Positions 13,461 through 26,184 of a stretch of 64,000 nt of DNA are shown piece after piece. Each line of letters starts with the position of its first letter. Positions within the stretch are counted from its first letter, which is position 1. The notes beneath the pieces are model-generated. The model was not told the DNA's origin and did not search any database. It worked only from the letters and a program-made list of their open reading frames with translations. A program made the translations under genes and the position numbers. The stretch covers positions 113,400,001 to 113,464,000 of the forward strand of contig NC_086108.1 of assembly GCF_963921235.1 (NCBI RefSeq). Direction: 5' to 3'. Origin of the DNA: Mobula hypostoma (taxonomy: Eukaryota).

Positions 13461-13995
13461 AACCCACTCGTACATCTAATTTTAAAGATCCTGTACTTGA
13501 TATATTCAGATGCACATCAGGAAAATTAGATAATGAAACTGACAGGATCAGACTATATCTTCAGTCAGATTATTTGGTAATTAAAATAAGCTCATTTGCG
13601 ATTGTCATATTAAGTATTATTTAAATATGTTTCAAAAATATTTTATTGAAAGCATCATCAAAGATGGTTTTGTTAGCACAAGGTGTGACTAACCCAATGC
13701 TTTTCTATTACACCTATCACATACCACCCTCCATAAATCTGAATTATTTAAATTTCTACTAAATGTGTGCAGCTTATGCCTAATGGTCTATACTGGCTCC
13801 TAGTCTGATAATGGCCTGATAACAGTCTATCTCTATTTCTCTAACTATTTATCGCTTTTGTATCTCTTTCAACCCTCTAAGTGAAGAAGATTTCCCTCGT
13901 GTTTCCCTTAAACTTTTCACCTTTTACCCTTAACCCCTGACCTCTCACCCAACCCCAGTTGCTTGCATTTACCCTATCTATACACCTCATAACTT

Positions 13996-14725
13996 TAGAA
14001 ACATAGAAAACCTACAGCACAATACAGGCCCTTCGGCCCACAAAGCTGTGCCAAACCTGTCTCTACCTTAGAACTACCTAGGGTTACCCATAGCCCTCTA
14101 TTTTTCTGAGCTCCATGTACCCATCCAGGAGTCTCTTAAAAGACCCTATCATATCCGCCTCCACCACTGTCGCCAGCAGTCCATTCCACACACTCACCAC
14201 TCTCTGCGTAAAAAACTTACCCCTGACATCTCCTCTGTACCTACTTCCAAGCACCTTAAAACTGTGCCCTCTTGTGCTAGCCATTTCAACCCTGGGAAAA
14301 AGCCTCTGACTATCCACATGATCAAAGCCTCTCATTATCCTGTACACCTCTATCAGGTCACCTCTCATCCTCCGACGCTCCAAGGAGAAAAGGCCAAGTT
14401 CACTCAACCTATTCTCATAAGGCATGCTCTCCAATCCAGGTAACATCCTTGTAAATCTCCTCTGCTCCGCTTCTATGAATTCCACGTCCTTCCTATAGTG
14501 AGGCGACCAGAATTGAGCACAGTACTCCAAGTGGGGTCTGATCAGGTTCCTATAGCTGCAACATTACCTCTCGGCTCTTAAACTCAATCCCACAATTGAT
14601 GAAGGCCAATGCATCGTATGCCTTCTTATCCTCAGAGTCAACCTGCATAGCAGCTTTGAGTGTCCTATGGACTCGGAACCCTCTGATCCTCCACACTGCC
14701 AAGAGTCTTACCATTAATGCTATAT
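13996..14725 (-). mobile_element. CR1 3' fragment nested in an older minus-strand CR1 (~13880-14910)
   Basis: ORF 14084-14530 matches the CR1 C-terminus and the plus strand shows a TAGAAACATAGAAA tail. The outer CR1 resumes at ~14726. Confidence 0.85.
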
Positions 14726-15110
14726 TTTGTATACCTCAATCAAATCTCTTCTGAATCTTTTATGTTCTAAGGAATACAGTTATAGTCTATTCAATCTTTC
14801 CTTATAACTCAGGTCCTCCAGACCCAGCAACATCTTTGTAAATTTTCTCTGCACTCTTTCAACCTTCTTTACAGCTTTCCTGCAGGTTGGTGACCAAAAC
14901 TGCACACAATATTGAGTTATTGAACTCAATATTATTGAGTTCAGGGCTGAAAGGTAATGTTACATCTATATAGGACCCTGGTCAGACCCCACTTGGAGTA
15001 CTGTGCTCATTTCTGGTCACGTCACTACAGGAAGAATGTGGAAACAATAGAACGGGTGCAGAGGAGATTTACAAGGATGTTGCCTGGATTGGAGAGCATG
15101 CCTTATGAGA

Positions 15111-16861
15111 GCAACACACATCAAAGTTGCTGGTGAACGCAGCAGGCCAAGCAGCATCTCTAGGAAGAGGCGCAGTCGACGTTTCAGGCCGAGACCCTTT
15201 GTCAGGACGAACTGAAGGAAGAGTGAGTAAGGGATTTGAAAGCTGGAGGGGGAGGGGGAGATGCAAAATGATAGGAGAAGACAGGAGGGGGAGGGATAGA
15301 GCCAAGAGCTGGACAGGTGATAGGCAAAAGGGGATATGAGAGGATCATGGGACAGGAGGTCCGGGAAGAAAGACTGGGGGGGGGGTGACCCAGAGGATGG
15401 GCAAGAGGTATATTCAGAGGGACAGAGGGAGAAAAAGGAGAGTGAGAGAAAGAATGTGTGCATAAAAAAGAGTAACAGATGGGGTACGAGGGGGAGGTGG
15501 GACCTAGCAGAAGTTAGAGAAGTCAATGTTCATGCCATCAGGTTGGAGGCTACCCATACGGAATATAAGGTGTTGTTCCTCCAACCTGAGTGTGGCTTCA
15601 TCTTTACAGTAGAGGAGGCCGTGGATAGACATGTCAGAATGGGAATGGGATGTGGAATTAAAATGTGTTGCCACTGGGAGATCCTGCTTTCTCTGGCGGA
15701 CAGAGCGTAGATGTTCAGCAAAGCGGTCTCCCAGTCTGCGTCGGGTCTCACCAATATATAAAAGGCCACATCGGGAGCACCAGACGCAGTATATCACCCC
15801 AGTCGACTCACAGGTGAAGTGATGCCTCACCTGGAAGGACTGTTTGGGGCCCTGAATGGTGGTAAGTGGAGGAAGTGTAAGGGCATGTGTAGCACTTGTT
15901 CCGCTTACACGGATAAGTGCCAGGAGGGAGATCAGTGGGGAGGGATGGGGGGGCGAATGGACAAGGGAGTTGTGTAGGGAGCGATCCCTGCGGAATGCAG
16001 AGAGAGGGGGGGAGGGAAAGATGTGCTTAGTGGTGGGATCCCGTTGGAGGTGGCGGAAGTTACGGAGAATAATATGTTGGACCCGGAGGCTGGTGAGGTG
16101 GTAGGTGAGGACCAGGGGAACCCTATTCCTAGTGGGGTGGTGGGAGGATGGAGTGAGAGCAGATGTACGTGAAATGGGGGAGATGCGTTTAAGAGCAGAG
16201 TTGATAGTGGAGGAAGGGAAGCCCCTTTCTTTAAAAAATGAAGACATCTCCCTCGTCCTAGAATGAAAAGCCTCATCCTGAGAGCAGATGCGGCAGAGAC
16301 GGAGGAATTGCGAGAAGGGGATGGCGTTTTTGCAAGAGACAGGGTGAGAAGAGGAATAGTCCAGATAGCTGTGAGAGTCAGTAGGCTTATAGTAGACATC
16401 AGTGGATAAGCTGTCTCCAGAGACAGAGACAGAAAGATCTAGAAAGGGGAGGGAGGTGTCGGAAATGGACCAGGTAAACTTGAGGGCAGGGTGAAAGTTG
16501 GAGGCAAAGTTAATAAAGTCAACGAGTTCTGCATGCGTGCAGGAAGCAGCGCCAATGCAGTCGTCGATGTAGCGAAGGAAAAGTGGGGGACAGATACCAG
16601 AATAGGCACGGAACATAGATTGTTCCACAAACCCAACAAAAAGGCAGGCATAGCTAGGACCCATACGGGTGCCCATAGCTACACCTTTAGTTTGGAGGAA
16701 ATGGGAGGAGCAAAAGGAGAAATTATTAAGAGTAAGGACTAATTCCGCTAGACGGAGCAGAGTGGTGGTAGAGGGGAACTGATTAGGTCTGGAATCCAAA
16801 AAGAAGCGTAGAGCTTTGAGACCTTCCTGATGGGGGATGGAAGTATATAGGGAGAATATAC
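15111..16861 (-). mobile_element. Penelope-like element, 5'-truncated, with 11-bp TSD
   Basis: TSD GCCTTATGAGA at 15100-15110 and 16862-16872. It contains an RT + GIY-YIG ORF and a terminal repeat with a hammerhead-like motif (~15172-15208, core CTGACAA degenerate). Confidence 0.95.
15504..16799 (-). pseudogene. Penelope-type RT (C-terminal half) fused to GIY-YIG endonuclease; 431 uninterrupted codons, N-terminally truncated
   Basis: Motifs GVAMGTRMGPSYA, LRYIDD, LPFLD, YYKPT and CESTGVIYCVWCSRCGLLYIGETRRRLGDRFAEH. The frame extends upstream to LYTSIP at the truncation point. Confidence 0.92.
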
Positions 16862-17419
16862 GCCTTATGAGAATAGGTTGAGTGAATTTGGCTTTTCTCC
16901 TTGGAGTGATGGAGGAAGAGGGGTGACCTGATAGAGGTGTACAAGATGATGAGAGGCATTGATCGTGTGGATAGTCAGAGGCTTTTTCCCAGAGCTGAAA
17001 TGGCTAACACGAGATGGCACTGTTTTAAGGTGCTTGGAAGTAGGTACAGAGGAAATGTCAGGGGTAAGTTTTTTACGCAGAGAGTGGTGAGTGTGTGGAA
17101 TGGGCTGCCGGTGACGGTGGTGTAGACGGATACGATAGGTCTTTTAAGAGACTCCTGGCTAGGTTCATGGAGCTCAGAAAAATAGAGGGCTATGGGTAAC
17201 CCTGGGTAATTTCTAAAGTAAGTACATATTCGACACAGCATTGCGGGCCGAAGGGCCTGTATTGTGCTGCAGTTTTTCTATGTTTTTAGCTTGCTGGAAG
17301 ACCTCAGCAGTAGGAGCAGCGGCTATGGAGAGGAGATAGGAACTGTCAATAACTGGATGGAAACGCGTAAGAGGATTCATGTAGGCTGACAAGGGACTTG
17401 GCAGATTTAAAGCTGAGAT

Positions 17420-17750
17420 GATGGCGCTGCCTCATAGCTCAAATGACCCAGGTTTAATCCCAACCTCCAGCACTGTCTGTGTGGAGATTGATGTCCTCCC
17501 TGTGACAATGTGGATTTCCCCTGAGTATTCCGGTTCTCTCCCACATTCGAAGTACATGCAGGTCAGTGGGTAAATTGTCCATTGTAAATTGTCCCCAGTG
17601 TGTGGGTGAGGGGTGGAATCTGGAGAAGAGTTGATGGGAATGTGGGGAGAATGGAACGGGATCAGTGTAGGATTGGTGTCAATGGGTGTCTGATGGTCGG
17701 CACAGACTCAATGGGCCGAAGAGCCTGTTTCTATGCTGTGACTCTGTGGA
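17420..17750 (+). mobile_element. V-SINE/HE1-like tRNA-derived SINE (further copies at ~8740-8960, 27250-27380, 36830-37060, 55170-55430)
   Basis: tRNA-like head remnant, a central GTGTGGAG..TCCCTGTGAC..GGATTTCC..CCCACA domain, and a CR1-like 3' tail (GGGCCGAAGAGCCTGTTTC). Confidence 0.7.
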
Positions 17751-18789
17751 GTCAACACGTGATGCCTCTGCAGTGCCCTGAGGTTAGGCAGATAGATACT
17801 TCATTGATCCCAAAGGAAATTAGTGTCACAGATATACAAATATTAGAAGAGAAGAAAGAAAGAATAAAAAATAAGTTACCTCAAACAGTCTAACAGGAGG
17901 GGGTTGAGTTATCACTTCCCTGGCTATAGGTTGACTCATTATGGAGCCTAATGGCCAGGAGTAAGAATGACCTCACAGAGCGCTCTTCGGAGCAGCACAG
18001 TTGTCGTAGTCTATTATTGAATGTGCTCCTCTGTTCAGCCGGTGATATTAAACCTGACTCTGATTCTGTTGCTAGTTGTGCTTTGTTTTGGCCTGTGTAC
18101 TTGTCCTGAACATGGTGGGTATGCAGTGTTGGTGCCGGAATGCGTGTCGACACTAGTGGGCTGCATCCTTAGATGCGTTGGTGGTTAACTTAAATGATGC
18201 ATTTTGTAGAGGGGCATTCTGAAGTGAAGCGAATATAGCAGATATTAATTTAAACAAGAACCAGTCTTCAGGTGTTAATGTGGATTGTAAATTTCAAGAG
18301 GACAGTTAAAACCATGCCCTTGCAATGTTGGTGTAACACAGGCTGCCTCACACGCTAGGAGACTGAATATGCATCAGAGTGTTGTGGTAATGCTCCTGCA
18401 TCAACTAAGGGTTTAAGGAATTTGCACCAGTGAAAACATAAATACATTTTGGAAGGTTGAAATTAATTTGTCCCCACAAAGCAATTTGAACATTCAGAGG
18501 AGTTCACTGTCGATGAATCACTTACTGTTACCTTTGCTCTTGAGGGTATAAAACTGTGAAATACCTTTAGGTTTGTGAGCCACTACCAAGAGTGTCTCCA
18601 GAATGATGCCTGCTTGTTGTGCTGAATTAGACTTTTATATCATCAGCTTGTCATCAAAGTCACAATGCACTTCTTTGTATATCTCAATGTACATGTGATA
18701 AATATATGAATCTGAATCAAATCCAAATTCAGATCTGAATCTGAATTCAAATCAAGGCTGCAGGAGCATGATAGCCAGTGTTTAGTCCT

Positions 18790-18980
18790 TGGGCTGGCTG
18801 GTGGTATAGCGGCCATCAGCACTGGACTTTGATGGTCCTGAGTTCGAATCCGGCCAGGTCAGAACCTGGACAGCAGAATCTACGCGGAAGGGAAGGCCTG
18901 GCAATCTGCACGAAAACCTGATGGGCAACTACACGTAGAATTGCCGTGAGTCGACATGACTCACCGGCAATCAACAGCAG
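18790..18980 (+). mobile_element. Short tRNA-derived SINE with an RTE-like 3' tail
   Basis: A-box-like TGGTATAGCGG, B-box GAGTTCGAATC, and a tail GCCGTGAGTCGACATGACTCACCGGCAA. Confidence 0.55.
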
Positions 18981-19079
18981 TCCTTCAAACTCTGCTTCCC
19001 TCAGTCAGTGGCCCATGTGGTCCATCACATCCCGGAATGCTCGCTGTGATTGTGCACAAAGGATTTTACAGTGGTAGAC

Positions 19080-19625
19080 ACGACAGCACTGAAACAGGAC
19101 CCTCGCTCATCCCACCCATCTAGCCCAAGCCAGACTGCTTTTTTGTTTAGTACCATTGACTAGTATCCAGACCAGAGCTCTCCATACCCCTTCCATCCAT
19201 GTACCTATACAAACTTCTCTTAAATTGAATCAGCACCCACCATTTCCACTGCCCAACACGTTCCTCGTTCTCACCACCCTCCCAGTGAGGAAATTCCTGC
19301 TCAAGCTCCCTTTAAATATTTCACTTCCACTCTTAATCCATGACCTTTAGTTCTAGTCCCACTCTACCTCAGTGGAAAAAAACTTGCTTACATTTACCCC
19401 TACCTATACCGTTCATAGTTTTGTATACCTCGATCAAATCTTCCCTCTGTCTCCTATACTCCAGGGAATAAAGTTCTAATGTATTCAATCTTTCTCTATA
19501 ACTCAGGTCCTATCCTCAAGTCTGAGCAACATCCTTGTAAATTTTCTCTGCACTCGTTCAACCTTGTTGAAACCTTTCCCATCGGTAGATGACCAGAACT
19601 GCACACAATTATCCAACATCGGCTT
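19080..19625 (-). mobile_element. CR1 3' fragment, degraded
   Basis: Reverse complement of the CR1 C-terminal coding region and 3' UTR seen in other copies. Confidence 0.75.
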
Positions 19626-19934
19626 CATGAGCGTCACATCCCAATTCCTGGAAGTCAAACTTCAACAGAAATTCCTTTACACTTCTTGACCCAGAAAACT
19701 TTTTCATAGAAGTCCAAACTGCAGTTTGCAATTTATACTCTGTGAACTCCCAGAAATTTCAACACTATCACTTTAATCAGCATATTTACTGCAGATCTTA
19801 GGAACCAGATAACCAGTTCCATTTGGGATTGCTTAGTTAATTAGAGTTTTCTTTGTTGTTTCCAGTGCTGGTTTACTTAATTGGTACAAGTACCTCGGAG
19901 GGGAAAGATTACTATCATCCATCACAAATGACCC

Positions 19935-22185
19935 TCACAATCCGGAATGTACCTTCATAGTCCAGGACACACCAACACTGTCTGGGATATACCCTCCCTG
20001 TCCGGGATATACCTTCAGCATCCAAGATACACCATCATTATCTGGGATATACCCTCACTGTCTGGACATACCCTCACTATCCGGGATATACCGTCTCCGT
20101 CCAGGATATTGAGGAATATAAGGAAGCAAGAAAGGAGCTGAGAAGAGCAAGAAGGGGGCATGAGAAGGCCTTGACGAGTAGGGTAAAGAAAAACCACAAG
20201 GCATTCTTCAATTATGTAAAGAGAAAAAGGATGACAGGAGTGAAGGTAGGACCGATTAGAGATAAAGGTGGGAAGATGTGCCCAGAGGCTGTGGAAGTCC
20301 TCAATGAATACTTCTCTTCGGTATTCACCAATGAGAGGGAACTTGATGATGGTGAGGACAATATAAGTAAAGCTGATGTTCTAGAGCATGTTGATATTAA
20401 GGGAGAGGAGGTGTTGGAGTTGTTAAAATACATTAGGACGGATAAGTCCCCGGGGCCTGACAGAATATTCCCCAGGCTGCTCCACGAGGCGAGGGAAGAG
20501 ATTGCTGAGCCTCTGGCTAGGATCTTTATGTCCTCGTTGTCCACGGGAATAGTACCAGAGGATTAGAAGGAGGCGAATGTTGTCCCCTTGTTCAAAAAAG
20601 GTAGTAGGGATAGTCCGGGTAACTATAGACCAGTAAGCCTTACGTCTGTGGTGGGAAAGCTGTTGGAAAAGATTCTTAGAGGTAGGATCTATGGGCATTT
20701 AGAGAATTATGGTCTGATCAGGGACAGTCAGCATGGCTTTGTGAAGGGCAGATCGTGTCTAACAAGCCTGATAGAGTTCTTTGAGGAGGTGACCAGGCAT
20801 ATAGATGAGGGTAGTGCAGTGGATGTGATCTAAATGGATTTTAATAAGGCATTTGACAAGGTTCCACACGGTAGGCTTATTCATAAAGTTAGAAGGCATG
20901 GGATCCAGCGAAGTTTGGCCAGGTGGATTCAGAATTGGCTTGCCTGCAGAAGGCAGAGGGTCGTGGTGGAGGGAGTACATTCAGATTGGAGGATTGTGAC
21001 TAGTGGTGTCCCACAAGGATCTGTTCTGGGACCTCTACTTTTCGTGATTTTTATTAATGACCTGGATGTGGGGCTAGAAGGGCGGGTTGGCAAGTTTGCA
21101 GACGACACAAAGGTTGGTGGTGTTGTAGACAGTGCAGAGGATTGTCAAAGGTTGCAGAGAGACATTGATAGGATGCAGAAGTGGGCTGAGAAGTGGCAGA
21201 TGGAGTTCAACCCGGAGAAGTGTGAGGTGGTACACATTGGATGGACAAACTCCAAGGCAGAGTACAAAGTAAATGGCAGGATACTTGGCAGTGTGGAGGA
21301 GCAGAAGGATCTGAGGGTACATGTCCACAGATCCCTGAAAGTTGCCTCACAGGTGGATAGGGTAGTTAAGAAAACTTATGGGGTGTTAGCTTTCATAAGT
21401 TGAGGGATAGAGTTTAAGAGTCACAATGTAATGATGCAGCTCTGTAAAACTCTGGTTAGGCCACACTTGGAGTACTGTGTCCAGTTCTGGTCGCCTCACT
21501 ATAGGAAGGATGTGGAAGCATTGGAAAGGGTACAGAGGAGATTTACCAGGATGCTGCCTGGTTTAGAGAGTATGCATTATGATCAGAGATTAAGGGAGCT
21601 AGGGCTTTACTCTTTGGAGAGAAGGAGGATGAGAGGAGACATGATAGAGGTGTACAAGATAGTAAGAGGAATAGATAGAGTGGATAGCCAGCGCCTCTTC
21701 CCCAGGGCACCACTGCTCAATACAAGAGGACATGGCTTTAAGGTAAGGGGTGGGAAGTTCAAGGGGGATATTAGAGGAAGGTTTTTTACTCAGAGAGTGG
21801 TTGGTGCGTGGAATACACTGCCTGAGTCAGTGGTGGAGGCAGATACACTAGTGAAGTTTAAGAGACTACTGGACAGGTATATGGAGGAATTTAAGGTGGG
21901 GGGGGTTATATGGGAGGCAGGGTTTGAGGGTCGGCACAACATTGTGGGCCGAAGGGCCTGTACTGTGCTGTACTATTCTATGTTCTATGTTCTGTGATTA
22001 TACCCTCAGCATCCGAGACACACCAACATCGTCTGGGATATACCCTCTCCGTCCGGGATATACCCTCACCATCAGGGATATACCCTCATAGTCCAGGACA
22101 TACCCTCACTGTCCGGGATATATCCTCTCCATCCGGGATATACCCTCACCATCAGGGATATACCCTCACTGTCTGGGACATACCC
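19935..22185. repeat. 20-bp minisatellite (CCGGGATATACCCTCACTGT) within a Rex1 3' remnant, split by a CR1 insertion
   Basis: Units occur at ~19935-20108 and ~21997-22185. The downstream flank resumes Rex1 sequence (CCCTCTTCTCATTGCTAC..GGAGGAGGTA). Confidence 0.8.
20110..21995 (+). mobile_element. CR1 LINE, 5'-truncated, complete RT domain with three in-frame stops
   Basis: ORFs starting at 20171, 20588, 20834 and 21431 share one frame. Motifs: KSPGPD, NYRPVSLTSVVGK, QHGF, DFNKAFDKVPH, GVPQGSVLGP, FADDTK. It ends in a (TTCTATG)n tail. Confidence 0.95.
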
Positions 22186-23134
22186 TCTTCTCATTGCTAC
22201 ATCAGGGAGGAGGTAGAGGAATCTGAAGACCCACACTCAACATTGTAGGAACAGCTTCTTCCCCTCCAGCATCAGATTTCTGAACAGCCCACCAATCCAC
22301 AAACACTAACTCACTGTCCCTTATTTGTTTTTCAGACATAGACAGTATAACACAGTAGAGTCCCTTTGGCCCTCGATGTTGTGCTGACCTTTTAACTGAC
22401 TCCCAGATCAATCTTACTCTTCCTTCCCACATAGTCCTCCATTTCCCTATCATCCATGAGCCTATCTAAGAGTCTGTTAAATGGCCCTGATGTATCTGCC
22501 TCTCCCACCACCCCTGCAAGGATATACCCTCCCCACACACCCACCACTCTCACCTCTGACATACCCTCCCCCCTCCCCCCCGGTACCTTCTCCAATCACC
22601 TTAAAATTAAGCTGCTTTGCATTAGCCATTTCTGCCTGGGGGAAATTTAACTTTTAACTTTTGCAGATTAAGATCTTATATATTCACTGTACTATTGTTA
22701 TGACGCAATAAATTTCACAATGTCAATGACAATAAATCTGATTCTGATTCAATCCCATTCTCATTTTAGTTATTTGCTTAGAGATTCAGCTAGCCACTGA
22801 TTTAACCCTAGCCTAATAACATGGCAATTTACAATGACCAATTAACCTACTAACTGGTACATCTTTGGAGGAAAACAGTGGACCCGGAGGAAACCTCACG
22901 TACACATGGGAGGTGCGTACAAACTTTCTTACAGAGCATGCTGGAATTGAACTCTGAACTCTGATACCCCAGTTAGGAATGCACTAAAGTTTTCCACATA
23001 GAGAGTGGAATGCACTGCCAGTGACGGTGATAGAGACGGATACAATAGGGTCTTTTAGGTACATGGAGCTTAGAAAAATAGGGGGCTATGTGGTAGGGAA
23101 ATTCTAGGCAGTTTCTAGAGTAGGCTACATGGTC

Positions 23135-23880
23135 ATAGAAACATAGAAAACCTACAGAACAATACAGGCCCTTCGGCCCACAAAGTTGTGCTGAACATGT
23201 CCCTACCTTAGAAATTACTAGGCTTACCTATAGCCCTCTATTTCACTAAGCTCCATGTACCTATCTAAAAGTCTCTGAAAAGACCCTATCGTATCCACCT
23301 CCACCACCATTACCGGCAGCCCAATCCACGCACACACTGCCCTCTAAGTAAAAAACTTACCCCTGACACTCTGTACTTACTCCCCAGCACCTTAAACCTG
23401 TGTCCTCTTGTGGCAGCCATTTCAGCCCTGGGAAAGAGCCTCTATCAACACGATCAATACCTCTCGTCATCTTGTACACCTCTATCAGGTCACCTCTCAT
23501 CCTCTGTCACTCCAAGGAGAAAAGGTCAAGTTCATTCAACCTATTCTCATAAGTCATGCTCCCCAATCCAGGCAACATCCTTGTAAGCCTCCTCTGCACC
23601 CTTTCTATGGTTTCCACATCCTTCCTGTAGTGACGTGACCAGAACTGAGCACAGTACTCCAAGTGGGGTCTGACCAGGGTCCTATATAGCTGCAACATTA
23701 CCTCTTGGCTCCTAAATTCAATCCCACGATTGATGAAGGCCAATACACCGTATGCCTTCTTAACCACAGAGTCAACCTGCGCAGCAGCTTTGAGTGTCCT
23801 ATGGACTTGGACCCCAAGATCCCTCTGATCCTCCACACTGTCAAGAGTCTTGCCATTAATACTATATTCTGCCATCATAT
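23135..23880 (-). mobile_element. CR1 3' fragment
   Basis: ORF 23507-23965 is the CR1 RT C-terminus; the plus strand shows a CATAGAAACATAGAAA tail. Confidence 0.85.
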
Positions 23881-23884
23881 CTGT

Positions 23885-24382
23885 AGGCAGCATCTGTGGA
23901 GAGGAATAAACAATCGACGTTTCAGGGTTAGACTTTTCATCACCCATCCCGATGAAGGGCCTCATGGATGCTGGCCAACCTGCTGAGTTCCTCCAGTGTT
24001 CTGTGTGTCTGTTGCTTTAGATTCCCAGCATCTGTAAGATCTTAGGTTGGAGGAGAAACACCTCATATTCTGTCCAGTTTGTCTCTAAACTAATGGCATG
24101 AACATCAATTTTTCTTTTGGTATTTTTTTCCTCCCACTTCCTCCCATCTATAAGATTCTTACCTCTTATCCTCACCTGCCTACCGCCTCCCCCTGGTGTC
24201 CCTCCTCCTTCCCTTTCTCCTACGGTCCACTCTCCTCTCCTATCAGATTCCTCCTTCTTATTCAGCCCTTTACTTTTTCCACCTATCACCTCCCAGCTTC
24301 TTATTTCATTCCCCTCTCCCCCTTCACTTCCAGTCCTAATGTCTCAGCCCCTGAAATGTTAACTGTTTATTTATTTCCATAG
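23885..24382. mobile_element. Penelope remnants: degenerate inverted terminal-repeat pair followed by a plus-strand 3' fragment
   Basis: GGCAGCATCTGTGG..GACGTTTCAGGG followed by GATGAAGGGC..GATGCTGGCC..CTGCTGAGTTCCTCCAG, then an RLEEKHLIF-like coding end and a pyrimidine-rich UTR. Confidence 0.7.
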
Positions 24383-25477
24383 GTATCGGTGTTGGAATTG
24401 GTATTTTGTTCTCGCATGTACTGAGATACAGTGCAAAGCCTGTCATCCATTTTGTTCATCCAGATCAGGTCATTACACAGATAATCGAGGTAGAGATATT
24501 TTACAGAGAAGTTTTGGAGTGCAAATCCACAACTCCCTGAAAGTGACAACAGAAGCTCGTAGATGGTAAGGCCATAAGATCATAAGACATAGGAGCAGAA
24601 TTAGGCCATTCGGCCCATTGAGTCTGCTCTGCCATTCCACCATGGCTGATCCTGGATCCCACTCTACCCCATACACCCGCCTTCTTGCCATATCTTTTGA
24701 TGCCCTGACAAATCAGGAATCTATCAATTTCCACCTTAAATATACTATGGACTTGGCCTCCACCGCAGTCTGTGGCAGAGCATTCCACAGATTCACCACT
24801 CTCTGGCTGAAAAAAATTCCTCCTTACCCCTGTTCTAAAGGGTCACCCCTCAATGCTGAGGCTGTGCCCTCTGGGAAGGTGTCAGACATGCTTGCTGTCA
24901 TCGGTCAGAACCCTGAGTATAAAAGTCAGGAAGGCGTGTTACAATTGGATGCTATGATTAGTATAGCAATTAACCCACTCTATTACAGCCTGGGGGCCGA
25001 GTGAGTCCTGGGCTGGATGTCCTGCTCACTTAAGGAAGGTGAAGTGTCTTCCATAGCCTTGCCTTTCCACATGTAGTGATCCCCGCAGGACCACTGCTTG
25101 GCTTGCCATGCCAGAGGTCACTCGCATATGGCCTCTCCGACACCTGTGTGCCCATAGCAACACCTTCACGTGGCGTCGCTGTTCTTACTGGGTCTGCTAT
25201 GTCATGGCGCAACCGAGTGTCAAGCGGTATAACTGGGCAGGCAGGCCGAGCTCAGCAGCCTTGCCAGGCAGCCAGCGTAGGAGAAGAAAAACTCCAATAC
25301 TCAACCTACAGCTCACTGTACCATTGTGGAACGTCTCCCAGCCTAAAGAGCGGAATCGATCCGCGCGAACCGATCCTCACTGTAACCCTACACATGGCAG
25401 GCAGGAAGAAAAGTCCTACAGCAATGGAGTTTTACCTCCTGATCTTCACAAGAGAGAACCAGCCATCATTACAGCTT

Positions 25478-25691
25478 CACAAGAAAATCTGCAGATGCTG
25501 GAAATTCAAGCAACACACACAAAATGCTGGTGGAACGCAGCAGGCCAGGCAGCATCTATAGGAAGAAGTACAGTTGATGTTTCGGGTCGAGACCCTTCGT
25601 CACGTCCGGATGAAGGGTCTCCACCCGAAATGTCGACTGTACTTCTTCCTATAGATACAGCCTGGCCTGCTGCGTTCACCAGCATTTTGTG
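25478..25691. mobile_element. 214-bp fold-back (palindromic) Penelope-terminal-repeat element with 13-bp TSD
   Basis: Inverted arms at ~25518-25601 and 25609-25691. TSD ATCATTACAGCTT at 25465-25477 and 25692-25704. Confidence 0.92.
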
Positions 25692-26184
25692 ATCATTACA
25701 GCTTGAGGCCTTCCAGGATTCAGAGTTCTATCTTTATACCATTCGGTGAGGAGTCTGTACATCCTCCCCATGGAATGTGTGGGTTTCCTCTGGGTGCTCT
25801 GGTTTCCTCCCATAGTCCAAAGATGTACCAGGTAGGAGAACAGGTCAATGTAAATTGTCCTGTGATTAGGTTAGGGCTGGATTGGGGTCCTGGGGTGTTG
25901 CTGGAGTGGCAAGGTTCAAAGGGCTGAAGGGTCTACTCCACACTCTGTCACTAAAGTTGTATAAAACTTTGCTTCAGCAACATATGGAATATCATGTGCA
26001 GTTCTGATCACCTATCACAGGAAGGATGTGGAGGCTTTGGAGAGGGTGCAGAAGACTTTTACGTTTCCATTATGAGAAGAATTAATATTGTAGATAATCA
26101 GAATCTATTCCCCAGGATAGAAATGTGGAAAAGGGTTCCAGATTTCTGCTGCCTCACGTATCACCCAGTAGTTACTCCTCTCAT

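Larger units (their letters stand above)
14935..17287 (+). mobile_element. CR1 3' fragment split by a Penelope insertion
   Basis: The CR1 coding sequence stops at 15110 and resumes at 16862, with GCCTTATGAGA duplicated. Confidence 0.85.

Noticed and set aside
18790..18865. tRNA gene
   Set aside because: A and B boxes are present but there is no complete cloverleaf, and it continues into a LINE-like tail, so it is a SINE head.
25080..25215. Possible HDV-like ribozyme in an RTE-like 5' UTR (ACC-TTCACGT-GGC; CATAGCA/TGCTATG pairing)
   Set aside because: I could not build P1, P1.1 or the catalytic J4/2 strand by eye. It needs an RNArobo or Infernal search on the family consensus.
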